Source: Gemmatimonadales bacterium
GTDB taxonomy: Bacteria > Gemmatimonadota > Gemmatimonadetes > Gemmatimonadales > GWC2-71-9
DNA length: 64,000 bases
Reading direction: 5' to 3'
Assembly (NCBI GenBank): GCA_036004525.1
Contig: DASYRJ010000040.1
Coordinates: 5,810-69,809 of the forward strand
Below are positions 17,536 through 26,731 of the stretch, in pieces. The notes beneath the pieces are model-generated. The model saw only the letters and a list, made by a program, of their open reading frames with translations. It ran no database searches and was not told where the DNA came from. Position numbers and translations under genes: made by a program. Position 1 is the stretch's first letter, and every line of letters starts with the position of its first letter.

Positions 17536-19512
17536 TCAGCTCAGCGCCGCGACGCCGTCTTCCAGGGCGACGTCGGGTTGTGGGAGCGGCGCGAGCGGCC
17601 CAAGGGGCGGGGCCGTGCTGGCGATGAACTGCCGGTGCCACAGTTCTGCCGAAACGATGGCCACCAGGGCCTGGCTCTCCCGAAAGCCCGTCGCCGCGCC
17701 CGCCCGGCAGCGCTGCACCAGGGCCGCCACGGCCTGCGGCTCGAACAACCCGCTCCGCGCCGGGCTCCGGGGGTCCAGGAGCTCGCGCACGTAGTCGACC
17801 GGCTCGGGAGAAAAAAAGGCGGGAACGTCGGGCGCCCGGTACGGCTGCTTCGGTCGCTGCCGCACCGCCGGGGGGACGACGTGACGCGCCCAGCGCCGCA
17901 GGATGGCCTTCTCGCGGAGGCCCCGGAGCTTGCTCTGGGTCGGCAGGCGGGCCGAGAACTCGAACAGGCGGTGATCGAGAAACGGGTACCGGCCTTCGAC
18001 CCCGTGGGCGAGGGACATCCGGTCGCCCTGCGCGCTCAGCAGGTACGGGGAGAGGAGCGTGACCATCTCGAGGTACGCGGCCCGGTTGAGGGGCGACCAC
18101 GCCGCGAACCGGGGCGGCAGCGCGGCGCGCAGCTCCTGGAGCGGATCCGCGTCGGCGAGCGTGGTCCGCAGGTCGGCCGAATAGAAGTCCTTGATCCGCG
18201 ACGTGAGCAGGAACCGCGGGAGGTGCGAGAAGAGCGGATCGTCGGGCGCCCCGGCCTCGAGGAACGAGCGCCGCCAGAAGTCGCCCCGCCGGCCGCGCGG
18301 ATCGAGGTACGGATAGAGGCGGTCGAAGAGCCGTGGCCGGGAGCGCGACTGCGGCTGGCGCAGGCAAAATAGGCGCAGCGCCGTCTCCTTGAATAGATCG
18401 TATCCGAGGAACAACTCGTCCGAGCCTTCGCCGGTGAGCACCACCTTGATGTGGTGCTCCCGCGTGAGTCGGGCGAGCAGGTACATCGGCGCCGGGGCGG
18501 TGCGCACCAGGGGCGACTCGGCGTGCCACACGACGCTGGGGAACACCGCGGCCACGTCGCCGGGCCCGATGGCGCGCACGAAGTGCCGGCTGTTCAGCTG
18601 CCCGGCCACCAGCAGCTGGAATTGCCGTTCGTCGAGCTGCGGGTCGTCGAACGTCACCGAGAAGGTGCGGAGCGCGAAGGGCGACTCGCGCGCCGCGAGC
18701 GCGCAGCTGATCGACGAATCCAACCCGCCGCTCAGGTACCCTCCGACCGGAACGTCGGATCGCAGGCGCAGCGCGACACTGCTCCCGAGCAGGCCGTCGA
18801 GGGTCGGGACGGCGTCGGGTGATTCGTCACGCGCCTCAGGGTAATCGAGCTCGTAGTACCGGCCGTGGCGCAACGCGCCGTCCCGCCAGACGGCGAAGCA
18901 GCCGGGCTCGAGGGCGTGGACCCCGCGGAAGACGGTGCGCGGCGGTCGCGCGGCCCAGAAGGTGAATACCTGGTCGAGGCCGACCGGATCGGGCGCCGCC
19001 TCGACTTCGCCGCTCGCGAACAGGGCCTTCGCCTCGGAGGCGAAGAACAGGTCGCCGTGCGCCACGCTGTAGAACAGCGGGCGCACGCCGAACCGATCCC
19101 GCGCCAGCAGGACCGTTTCTGTGCGGCGGTCGTAAATCGCGAACGCGAACTGCCCGTTCAAGCGGTCGAGCATCGCCGTGCCCCATTCCTCGTAGGCGTG
19201 CACGAGGACTTCCGTATCGCTGCGCGTGCGGAAGCGATGGCCGGCGGCCGCCAACTCGACCTGCAGCTCGAGGTAGTTGTACACCTCGCCGTTGTACACG
19301 ACGAGGACGGACCCGTCTTCATTGCCGAGCGGCTGCGCGCCGCCGGCGACGTCGATGATGCTGAGGCGCACGTGGGCCAGGCCCACCCGCAGCCCGGCGT
19401 ATCGCCCGCAGCCGTCGGGGCCCCGATGCCGCAGCACCGCCGCCATGCGGTCGAGCGTCTCCACGGAGACGCCGCGCGGCTCGTGGCGAGCCACCCCCGC
19501 CAGCCCGCACAT
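17536..19512 (-). CDS. asnB: Asparagine synthase (glutamine-hydrolysing) family amidotransferase, second copy
   Basis: 658 aa with N-terminal MCGLAG, plus RGPDG, YNGEVYNY and SGGLDSS. Confidence 0.9.
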   Translation of the reverse strand: MCGLAGVARHEPRGVSVETLDRMAAVLRHRGPDGCGRYAGLRVGLAHVRLSIIDVAGGAQPLGNEDGSVLVVYNGEVYNYLELQVELAAAGHRFRTRSDTEVLVHAYEEWGTAMLDRLNGQFAFAIYDRRTETVLLARDRFGVRPLFYSVAHGDLFFASEAKALFASGEVEAAPDPVGLDQVFTFWAARPPRTVFRGVHALEPGCFAVWRDGALRHGRYYELDYPEARDESPDAVPTLDGLLGSSVALRLRSDVPVGGYLSGGLDSSISCALAARESPFALRTFSVTFDDPQLDERQFQLLVAGQLNSRHFVRAIGPGDVAAVFPSVVWHAESPLVRTAPAPMYLLARLTREHHIKVVLTGEGSDELFLGYDLFKETALRLFCLRQPQSRSRPRLFDRLYPYLDPRGRRGDFWRRSFLEAGAPDDPLFSHLPRFLLTSRIKDFYSADLRTTLADADPLQELRAALPPRFAAWSPLNRAAYLEMVTLLSPYLLSAQGDRMSLAHGVEGRYPFLDHRLFEFSARLPTQSKLRGLREKAILRRWARHVVPPAVRQRPKQPYRAPDVPAFFSPEPVDYVRELLDPRSPARSGLFEPQAVAALVQRCRAGAATGFRESQALVAIVSAELWHRQFIASTAPPLGPLAPLPQPDVALEDGVAALS

Positions 19513-20516
19513 CAGACCGGCTCGCGCTCGAGGTCGGTCGTCACCTCGGGGACGGGCTCGACCAGGAGCGGGGGAAGGTGCAGGTAGCGCGTCGTCGCCC
19601 GCTTCTGATCGATGTCTCGCAGCGCCCGCGCCGCTTCGTCCGGCGTCCGGCCCAGCTCCGCGGCGACGGACGCGGGATCGCGGCCGAGGTTGTGAGCGAA
19701 GAGGACCAGGTCGAGCGTGGCGGCCGGGAGGGTGAAGTAGAACTCCTCCTGCGTCTGCGGCAGGGAATACGTGTCGGTGGTGGGCGGGCGCGACCGGATC
19801 GCCGCCGGAACGCCCAGGAACTCAGCCAGCTCGTACACTTGAGACTTGTACAAGTGGGCGATGGGCTTGACGTCGGCGAGCCCGTCGCCGCCCTTGACGA
19901 AGAACCCCTGATCGTACTCGAGGCGGTTCGGCGTGCCGACGACGGCGTAATGCAGCCGGTCGGCGTGGAAGTATTCCACCATCTTCCGGATGCGCTGCTT
20001 GAAGTTTGTCGCGGCGACGATCTCGCGGTACTCGGCCGCCGGCAGCCGGACCTGGCGAACCTCGCGGCCGGGCTCCTCGACCGCCAGATACGACACGTTC
20101 AGACGATCGGTATCGAGCCGGCCGCCCGGGAGCACGACCTTGCATCGCCACTCATCCTGGAAATCGGGCAGGACGCGGCGGATGGCCGCGTTGCGCCGTT
20201 GGTAACACCCCACGGCCGTGAGCATCGGCGTGATGTCCTCGACGGCATACGCGATCCCGAGCGCCTGCGCCCACCGCGTGGCGAGATCGAGACTCTGGCG
20301 ATCGGACTCGCGCTCGGGCATCATCAGCCCGAACACATGGGCAGGCCCCACGGCGCGGACGGCCAGCGCGGCGCACACGGAGCTGTCGATCCCGCCGCTC
20401 ATCCCAACCACGAGCCCCCGCCGGTTCAACACCTCGCCGACTTGCTGGCGCAGCGTCGCGGCAATCTTCTCGGCGGTCTCCACCTGATTGAGCTGCAGCT
20501 CCTTCGCCAGGTTCAC
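19512..20516 (-). CDS. NAD+ synthase (NadE)-family ATP pyrophosphatase/amidoligase
   Basis: Lies in ORF 19512..20621. It has the PP-loop GMSGGIDSS and FFVKGGDGLADVKPIAHLYKSQV. The start is proposed at the GTG at 20516, which has GAGGG 6 nt upstream. The longer 20621 start cannot be excluded. Confidence 0.7.
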   Translation of the reverse strand: MNLAKELQLNQVETAEKIAATLRQQVGEVLNRRGLVVGMSGGIDSSVCAALAVRAVGPAHVFGLMMPERESDRQSLDLATRWAQALGIAYAVEDITPMLTAVGCYQRRNAAIRRVLPDFQDEWRCKVVLPGGRLDTDRLNVSYLAVEEPGREVRQVRLPAAEYREIVAATNFKQRIRKMVEYFHADRLHYAVVGTPNRLEYDQGFFVKGGDGLADVKPIAHLYKSQVYELAEFLGVPAAIRSRPPTTDTYSLPQTQEEFYFTLPAATLDLVLFAHNLGRDPASVAAELGRTPDEAARALRDIDQKRATTRYLHLPPLLVEPVPEVTTDLEREPV

Positions 20517-20547
20517 GTCGGCCCTCGGGTTCGCTTGCAGCCTTCTA

Positions 20548-20563
20548 TGCAAGGATGGCGCCG
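20548..20563 (-). promoter_or_regulatory. Candidate sigma-54 promoter for the NadE-like/AsnB/ACP operon
   Basis: The minus strand reads CGGCGC-catcc-TTGCA with the correct GG-N10-GC spacing. It lies about 30 nt upstream of the GTG at 20516, inside the divergent intergenic region. Confidence 0.35.
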
Positions 20564-20683
20564 TGGGGTCACCGCACTGGGCGCGCGGCGCTCGGTCCCG
20601 CCTGGTGCGCGGGCGCAACACCTGGGGTCGACGAAGGCTGCGCCACCGTGTGGCACAGGTGATGCGATGGGGGTGAGGCGGAG

Positions 20684-22195
20684 GTGTCCCTGGTTCCCAA
20701 CGTCGCCAACCTACTGTGGATGACCGCCGAGGCCGGTCCCGCGCGACCCGCGGTGATCGAGCCGGGGCGGGTCACGGACTACGCTTCCCTCCAGCGCCGG
20801 GCGGCCGCCATCGCTACCGCGCTCAGGGAAGCGGGAATCAAGGCCCACGACCGGGTCGGGATCTTCCTCGACCCGGGCGCCGATGCCGTCGCGGCGTTCT
20901 TCGGTGCAGCGGCGGCGGGCGGGATCGCCGTGGTCATCAACGAATCGTTTCGTCCGCGCCAGGTCGAGCACATGCTGGAAAGTGCGGGCGCGGCCGCGCT
21001 GATGACGTCCCCGGACCTGCTCGGCCGGCAACCTCGCCCGATCGAGACGTCCAGCCGGGTGCTGTTGGTTCGAGACCTCGAAGCGTCCGGGGAGTTTGGT
21101 CCCGTGCCGCGCGTGGGCATGGATCCCGCCCAGATCGTCTACACCTCCGGTTCGACCGGCCTCCCCAAAGGGGTGACCGTCACGCACGCGAATCTCCTCG
21201 CCGCGGCGCAGACCGTGATCGAGTACCTGGGCATCGTGGCCGCGGACCGGATCGCGAGCGTGCTTCCCTTCAGCTTCGTCTATGGGATGAGCCAGGTCTT
21301 GTGTGCGGTCGGCAGCGGAGCCGCGCTGGTGGTGGAGCGCTCGCCGCTGGCGCCGCAGCTCGTCGCCAGCCTGCGCGCGCAGCAGGTCACCGTCTTGGCG
21401 GCTGTGCCGCCCCTGTGGCAGCAGCTGCTCAACGTGGCGGCGTTTCGTGACGAGCCGATCGCATCCCTGCGGATTGCGACGAACGCCGGCGGCCACCTCC
21501 CCGTGCCGGTGGTGCGCGCGCTGCGCCGGGCCCAGCCGGGGGCCCGGCTCTTCCTGATGTACGGGTTGACGGAGGTGCTGCGGAGCACCTTTCTCCCCCC
21601 GGAGGAGGTGGATCGGCGGCCCGATTCGATCGGGCGGGCGATCCCCGGGGCCGAGGTGCTGGTCCTGCGGGAGGATCTCACCCTCTGCGCGCCGGGGGAG
21701 GTGGGAGAGCTGGTGCATCGGGGGCCCACGGTCACGCTCGGGTACTGGAACGACCCCGAGGCCACCGCCCGGGTGTTTCGCGCGCATCCCCTGCGAGCCG
21801 CCGGCGCCCCGGACGCCGAGCGCGTCGTGTTCTCCGGCGATCTCGTGCGGCAGGACGCCGAGGGCTGGTTGTATTTCGCGGGGCGCCGCGATCGGATGAT
21901 CAAGACGCTGGGCTATCGGGTGAGTCCCGACGAGATCGCCACGGTGCTGTACGCCTCGGGCGAAGTCGCGGAGTGCATCATCACCTCCGAGCCGGACGAC
22001 GCGCGCGGGGAGCGCGTCGTGGCCTTCGTGGTGCTGGCCGGTGGAGGATCGCTCGAGCGATTAAAGGTGTACGCCGGTACCGAACTCCCCCGGCACATGC
22101 AACCCGCCAGGTTCGAGGTCCGGGACGCGCTGCCGCGCCTGCCGAGTGGCAAGCACGACGTCGCCGCCCTGCGTGGAGACCCGAAGCCCGCCTGA
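20684..22195 (+). CDS. AMP-dependent synthetase/ligase (acyl-CoA/ACP ligase type)
   Basis: 503 aa with YTSGSTGLPKG, FSGDLV and SGKHD motifs. Confidence 0.85.
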   Translation: MSLVPNVANLLWMTAEAGPARPAVIEPGRVTDYASLQRRAAAIATALREAGIKAHDRVGIFLDPGADAVAAFFGAAAAGGIAVVINESFRPRQVEHMLESAGAAALMTSPDLLGRQPRPIETSSRVLLVRDLEASGEFGPVPRVGMDPAQIVYTSGSTGLPKGVTVTHANLLAAAQTVIEYLGIVAADRIASVLPFSFVYGMSQVLCAVGSGAALVVERSPLAPQLVASLRAQQVTVLAAVPPLWQQLLNVAAFRDEPIASLRIATNAGGHLPVPVVRALRRAQPGARLFLMYGLTEVLRSTFLPPEEVDRRPDSIGRAIPGAEVLVLREDLTLCAPGEVGELVHRGPTVTLGYWNDPEATARVFRAHPLRAAGAPDAERVVFSGDLVRQDAEGWLYFAGRRDRMIKTLGYRVSPDEIATVLYASGEVAECIITSEPDDARGERVVAFVVLAGGGSLERLKVYAGTELPRHMQPARFEVRDALPRLPSGKHDVAALRGDPKPA

Positions 22196-23265
22196 TGGAA
22201 GCGATTCGGGCGTTCCGCCGGGAGGACATTCCTCAGGTCCTGGACCTTTTCCGGACGGCGTTTCTGCAGACCGGGAAGACTGCTCCCGCGGGGCTCGAAA
22301 CGTATTTCGACCGGGTGTTTTTCGAGAGCCCGTGGCGCGACGAGGACCTGCCGTCGTTCGTGCACCTCAATGCCACCGGAGCCGTCATCGGCTTCGTCGG
22401 CGTCCAGCCGAGGCCGCTGCTGCTGCACGGACGGCGCCTGCGCGCCGCGGTCGCCACGAAGCTCATGGCTTCACCCTCCGCCGGAGAGCCCCTCGCGGCC
22501 GTCCGTCTCCTCAGTAAGGTGTTTGCCGGACCCCAGGACGTGCTGCTGTCCGATCTGAGCAATGACGCGGGCCGCCGCATCTGGGAGGGCCTCGGCGGCG
22601 CCACGGCCTTGTTGTACAGCTTCCAATGGCAGCGGCCGGTGCGACCGGCGCGTCATTCACTCGCGTGGCTGCGGGCGCGGGGTGTGCCCCACGTGATCAC
22701 CTGGGGGCTCCGGCCGATGGGCTCGGTCGCCGATGCCCTCGTGGCCCGGCTGGGCGCCGGTCGGTTCCGCGACTCGTTTGCCGGTTACACGACGGAAGAC
22801 CTCGCGCTGGACGTGCTGGCCGCGCGGGTGGGGGAATTGTGCTCCGATCGCGCGCTGCGTCCGGAGTATGACGAGCGGTCGTTGCAATGGCTGCTGGGTG
22901 TGGCGCAGCAGAATGACCCGCACCGCGTCCTGCGTCGCCGCCTGGTGCGCGATGCGCGCGGCGACGTGGCCGGGTGGTTTCTCTATTTTCTCGAGCCGGG
23001 CGGTGCGAGTGAGGTGGTGCAGCTCCTGGCGCGGAAGGGCGCTGCCGACGCCGTGTTACACGCGCTCCTCGCCGACGCCTGGACCGGCGGGACGGTGATG
23101 CTGTCGGGTCGTCTGGAGCCCACCATGGTGCGGGAGATGTCGGCGCGCCACTGCTACTTCAGGCAGGTGGGCCACTGGTCGTTGGCGCACTCCAAGCAGC
23201 CCGACGTCTTGCAGGCAATCCTGACCGGCCAGGCGTTCTTGAGTCGGCTGGAGGGGGAGTGGTGA
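22195..23265 (+). CDS. GNAT-like acyltransferase, long form (about 356 aa)
   Basis: Lies in ORF 21973..23265, with an ATG at 22195 overlapping the upstream TGA. The N-terminus MEAIRAFRREDIPQVLDLFRTAF...GAVIGFVGVQPRPLLL has a GNAT-like layout. Confidence 0.45.
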   Translation: MEAIRAFRREDIPQVLDLFRTAFLQTGKTAPAGLETYFDRVFFESPWRDEDLPSFVHLNATGAVIGFVGVQPRPLLLHGRRLRAAVATKLMASPSAGEPLAAVRLLSKVFAGPQDVLLSDLSNDAGRRIWEGLGGATALLYSFQWQRPVRPARHSLAWLRARGVPHVITWGLRPMGSVADALVARLGAGRFRDSFAGYTTEDLALDVLAARVGELCSDRALRPEYDERSLQWLLGVAQQNDPHRVLRRRLVRDARGDVAGWFLYFLEPGGASEVVQLLARKGAADAVLHALLADAWTGGTVMLSGRLEPTMVREMSARHCYFRQVGHWSLAHSKQPDVLQAILTGQAFLSRLEGEW

Positions 23266-23276
23266 GGTGAGCCGGG

Positions 23277-23972
23277 TTACCAGGCGCCCCGCCGGCCGAG
23301 CATCACGGCGGGCGTGAGCAGCATGATCTTCAGGTCCTCGAGCGCCGAGCGGTGGCGGATGTACTCGAGGTCGTAATTGAGCTTGTCTCGCACGTCGTCC
23401 ACGCTGCTGTCGTAGGCCCGGTTGATCTGGGCCCAGCCGGTGATGCCCGGCAGCACTCGCTGGCGCCGCTGGTATTCCTGAATCTGCTCGCGCAGGTAGA
23501 CGAAGATCGTGGGCTGCTCGGGTCGCGGCCCCACGACGTTCATGTCGCCCATCAACACGTTCCAGAGCTGCGGCAGCTCGTCGAGCCGCAGCCGGCGCAA
23601 GACACGCCCGACCGCGGTCACACGCGGATCGTCGGGCTGCGCCCAGACCTGCCGCGTCGGGGCGTCGTCCACCCGCATCGTCCGGAACTTGTACATGGTG
23701 AACGGCCGGCCCCCGTGGTCGAAGTGCCGCCGCGTGTTGCCGCCGGCCCGCGTGAGCGCGCGGCGGTCGAGCCCGATCCGCTCCTGGGCGAACAACACCG
23801 GCCCGCGGGAGGTGAGCTTGATCAGCACCGCGATCACGATTATGAGCGGGAGCATGAGCACGAGACCCAGCGTCGCAATCGCGACGTTGAGCCAGCGCCG
23901 GTTCTGATCGCGATGTCTCCGCGGAGAGACGGCGCGAGCGCGCGTGAGTGGCAGCGGCCAAGGGAGCGTCAT
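23277..23972 (-). CDS. Polyprenyl-phosphate glycosyl-1-phosphate transferase (bacterial sugar transferase, priming enzyme)
   Basis: Has PVLFAQERIG, YKFRTM, DELPQLWNVLMGDMNVVGPRP and GITGWAQI. The ORF track starts at a TTG at 23990; the ATG at 23972 is preferred. Confidence 0.85.
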   Translation of the reverse strand: MTLPWPLPLTRARAVSPRRHRDQNRRWLNVAIATLGLVLMLPLIIVIAVLIKLTSRGPVLFAQERIGLDRRALTRAGGNTRRHFDHGGRPFTMYKFRTMRVDDAPTRQVWAQPDDPRVTAVGRVLRRLRLDELPQLWNVLMGDMNVVGPRPEQPTIFVYLREQIQEYQRRQRVLPGITGWAQINRAYDSSVDDVRDKLNYDLEYIRHRSALEDLKIMLLTPAVMLGRRGAW

Positions 23973-24119
23973 GCCCCCAGGGAAGTGCAAGCCGCGTGCG
24001 CTGATTTCTGGTTGGCGTGATGCTGCGTAACTGACGTGCGGACAAACGGTTAGCGTGTTGCGGTATGGCTGCTACGTGGCGCCCTTACCCCGCTTGTTGG
24101 GGGGTTGCGACGTCGCTCG

Positions 24120-24914
24120 TCAGGGCTCGACGAAGACCGGCACGGCGGGCAGTTCCAGCGCGAACGTGAATCGCGTCCCGCGCCCGGGGCGCGTGGTGAC
24201 CTCGAGCTGCGACCCCAGAGCGGTGACGAGCTTGTTGCAGATGGCGAGCCCGAGGCCCGAGCTCGAGAAGTGGTGCCGCGCCGTGGTGGGGGCCTTCCGG
24301 AACGGCTGGTACAACGTGCGCACGGTCTCGGGATCGAGGCCGGGGCCGGTGTCGCTCACCGAGAATTCGATGTACGCACCGTCCCGCTCGCGCGCGACCA
24401 CCTCGACGGAGCCCTGCTCGGTGAACTTCAGGGCGTTCGTGGTCAGGTTGAGCAGCACGCGCGACAGCGCCCGCTCGTGGCCGAACCGCCGGTCGCGCTC
24501 GGGCCCCTCGAACCGCAGCGCGAGCCGCTTTTCCTCGGCGAGCGGTGTCACGACGTCGCGCACGGCCCCGAACAGGTCGCGAATTGAGAACGACGCGGCC
24601 TCGCGCTCCGCCAGCCGATCGCCGCCGCGCGCCAGCTCGAGCACGTCGCTCGCCGCGGCGCAGAGGCACAGGGCGGCGCTGCGGATCAATCCGAGTTGCC
24701 GGCGCTGCCGGTCGTTGATGGGACCGCTGCGCTCGCGCTGGATGGTCTCGGCGAGGAAGAGGATCGACGTCAGCGGGGAGCGCAGGTCGTGCGCCATCTC
24801 TACCACGAGGTCCAAACCGCGCGGTCCCGCGAGGCAGGCGGCGAGGTCCGCCGGCTCCGTCTCCGGCCGGCTCGGCCGACTGCGCGGCAGGTGCTCCGCG
24901 GCGTTCGTCTTCAT
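24120..24914 (-). CDS. Soluble histidine kinase (HisKA + HATPase only, no sensor or TM domain)
   Basis: Has the H-box EMAHDLRSPLTSI, the N-box LLNLTTNALKF, and DTGPGL and GLGLAI G-boxes. The start overlaps the stop of the upstream regulator gene (ATGA). Confidence 0.85.
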   Translation of the reverse strand: MKTNAAEHLPRSRPSRPETEPADLAACLAGPRGLDLVVEMAHDLRSPLTSILFLAETIQRERSGPINDRQRRQLGLIRSAALCLCAAASDVLELARGGDRLAEREAASFSIRDLFGAVRDVVTPLAEEKRLALRFEGPERDRRFGHERALSRVLLNLTTNALKFTEQGSVEVVARERDGAYIEFSVSDTGPGLDPETVRTLYQPFRKAPTTARHHFSSSGLGLAICNKLVTALGSQLEVTTRPGRGTRFTFALELPAVPVFVEP

Positions 24915-26473
24915 ACCGCTTCGTGCTCCGCCTCGACCGTCTCACGCTCCACCACCCAGGCGGCATTCGGGCTGCGCTGCAGGCCGTGCCGCTCCATCAG
25001 GCGGTACAACGTCGTCCGGTCGACGCCGGCGATCCGCGCGGCCTTGGACATGTTCCCGGCCGCCCGGGAGAGCAGCCAGGTCAGGTACTGCAGCTCGAAC
25101 TGCGCGATCACGCGCTCCCGCGCGACGTGATAGCTCTCCTCGAGCATCGTGGAGATCAGCGATGCCGGGTTGGCGCCGACGCCGGGCCGCGCCTCCACGG
25201 TGAGCGCCAGATCTTCGGGGCGGATCACCACACCCGGCTCCGCGAGGACGGCCACGTGCTCGATCACATTCTGCAGCTCGCGCACGTTCCCGCGCCACGG
25301 ATGCGTGCACAGCGAGCGGATCGCCCCCTCGGACAGCTTCGGGAAGGCCTCGCCCTTCTTCCGGTGGCGCACCCAGTACGTCGAGAGGAAGTACTCCGCC
25401 AGGAGCGGAATGTCCTCGGGTCGCTCGCGCAGCGGCGGTACGTGGATCGGCACCACGCGCAGCCGGTAGTACAGATCCTCGCGCAAGGTGCCCGCCTGCA
25501 CCGCAGCCTCGGCGTCCCCGTTGGTCGCGGCGACGAATCGGACGTTCACGACGGCGTCGGTGGTCTCGCTGCCGACGCGGCGCACCACGCCGTCCTGGAT
25601 GACGCGCAACAGCTTCGCCTGGATCGGCTTGGACATCTCGATCAGCTCGTCCAGGAACAGCGTGCCGCCGTTGGCCGCCTCGAGCAGGCCCGCCTTGTCG
25701 CGGACCGCGCCCGTGAAGGCGCCCTTGCGGTGGCCGAACATTTCCGACTCGAGCAGCGCCTCGGGGAGGGCGGCGCAGTTGACCGCCACGAACGGCCGGC
25801 TGGACCGACGGCTGTGCTGGTGGATGAATTGGGCGATCAGCTCCTTGCCCGAGCCGCTCTCGCCCGTGATGAACACCGAGGCGTCCGTCGGGGCAACCTT
25901 GCGCGCCAGCTCGATCGCCGCGCGAAACGCCGCCGAGGTGCCGAGCAGCGTGACCTTGTCGCCGGGCGCGGGCTGCCGCTCGAGCACCGCTTCCTGCTCG
26001 CGGGTCTCCTGGCCGACCAGCACCGTGTGCACGGCCCGTCCGACGGCGATCTGCAGATGCTGCGCCGTGAACGGCTTCGGAAGGTAGTCCCACGCGCCCT
26101 GCCGCAGCGCTTCGATGCTCGACTCGACGCTGGGGTTCCCCGTCATCACGATCACGATCGTGTCGGGGTTCGCCGCCAGCGCGGCCCGCAGCAGCGCGAG
26201 CCCGTCGACTTGCGACATGTAGAGGTCGGCGAGCACGATGTCGAAGGGCCGGCGCTTCAGCAGCTCGAGCGCTTCCTGGCCGCGCCCGCTCACCGTTACG
26301 TCGTACCCTTCCCCGCCGAGCACACTAGCGCAGCTCTCGCGCAACGTGCGCTCATCGTCGACGACCAGAATGCGGATCCGGGACTTGGCCTCCGGTCCGA
26401 TCTGCAGCAGTGCACTCACGCCGGCCGGGTCGGCTGTGCTGCCAGCGCTGTTCGATGCGATCGAAGTGGTCAT
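24911..26473 (-). CDS. NtrC-family sigma-54-dependent response regulator (REC + AAA+ + HTH)
   Basis: Lies in ORF 24911..26518, with an ATG at 26473. It has a canonical receiver (VVDDE...VLADLYM...MTG...LPKPF), Walker A GESGSGKE, GAFTGA and a C-terminal Fis-type HTH. Confidence 0.9.
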   Translation of the reverse strand: MTTSIASNSAGSTADPAGVSALLQIGPEAKSRIRILVVDDERTLRESCASVLGGEGYDVTVSGRGQEALELLKRRPFDIVLADLYMSQVDGLALLRAALAANPDTIVIVMTGNPSVESSIEALRQGAWDYLPKPFTAQHLQIAVGRAVHTVLVGQETREQEAVLERQPAPGDKVTLLGTSAAFRAAIELARKVAPTDASVFITGESGSGKELIAQFIHQHSRRSSRPFVAVNCAALPEALLESEMFGHRKGAFTGAVRDKAGLLEAANGGTLFLDELIEMSKPIQAKLLRVIQDGVVRRVGSETTDAVVNVRFVAATNGDAEAAVQAGTLREDLYYRLRVVPIHVPPLRERPEDIPLLAEYFLSTYWVRHRKKGEAFPKLSEGAIRSLCTHPWRGNVRELQNVIEHVAVLAEPGVVIRPEDLALTVEARPGVGANPASLISTMLEESYHVARERVIAQFELQYLTWLLSRAAGNMSKAARIAGVDRTTLYRLMERHGLQRSPNAAWVVERETVEAEHEAV

Positions 26474-26731
26474 GTTGGGTTCACGCTCCGGCCCACTGCT
26501 ACGCAGGGATCGGGCCACAGTGTCGCACTATCGCAGCAGTGACCGAAACATGCGGAAAAACCGGTGGTTGCGCCTCGCAAACCCCCTGTTACGCCCCGCG
26601 TTTCTTGCACCAACCTGCATCCGCCGGAATCCCTTGGTGCACCGATTTGCGACATCGCGGAGGCGCAACAGGAGGCACGGTAGCGGCCGCCGAACTGCCA
26701 CACGGTATCGGACTTGCTACAAGCAGGCGCG

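Noticed and set aside
20651-20665. TGGCAC-aggtg-ATGC upstream of the AMP-ligase
   Set aside because: It lies only 19 nt from the annotated GTG start. It is kept as a remark within a finding but is not called as a feature.
24923-26542. ORFs 24923..26542 (+, 539 aa) and 24942..26093 (-, 383 aa)
   Set aside because: They shadow the sigma-54 response regulator gene, whose motifs (GESGSGKE, GAFTGA) identify the true frame.
26635-26687. Sigma-54-like elements upstream of the Wzz/BY-kinase gene (TTGGTGCACCGATTTGC at 26635..26650; GGCAC-ggtag-CGGC at 26674..26687)
   Set aside because: The first has GG-to-GC spacing one nt too long. The second lacks the TTGC core. By my rough estimate, matches of this quality are expected dozens of times by chance in 64 kb of 70 % GC DNA.
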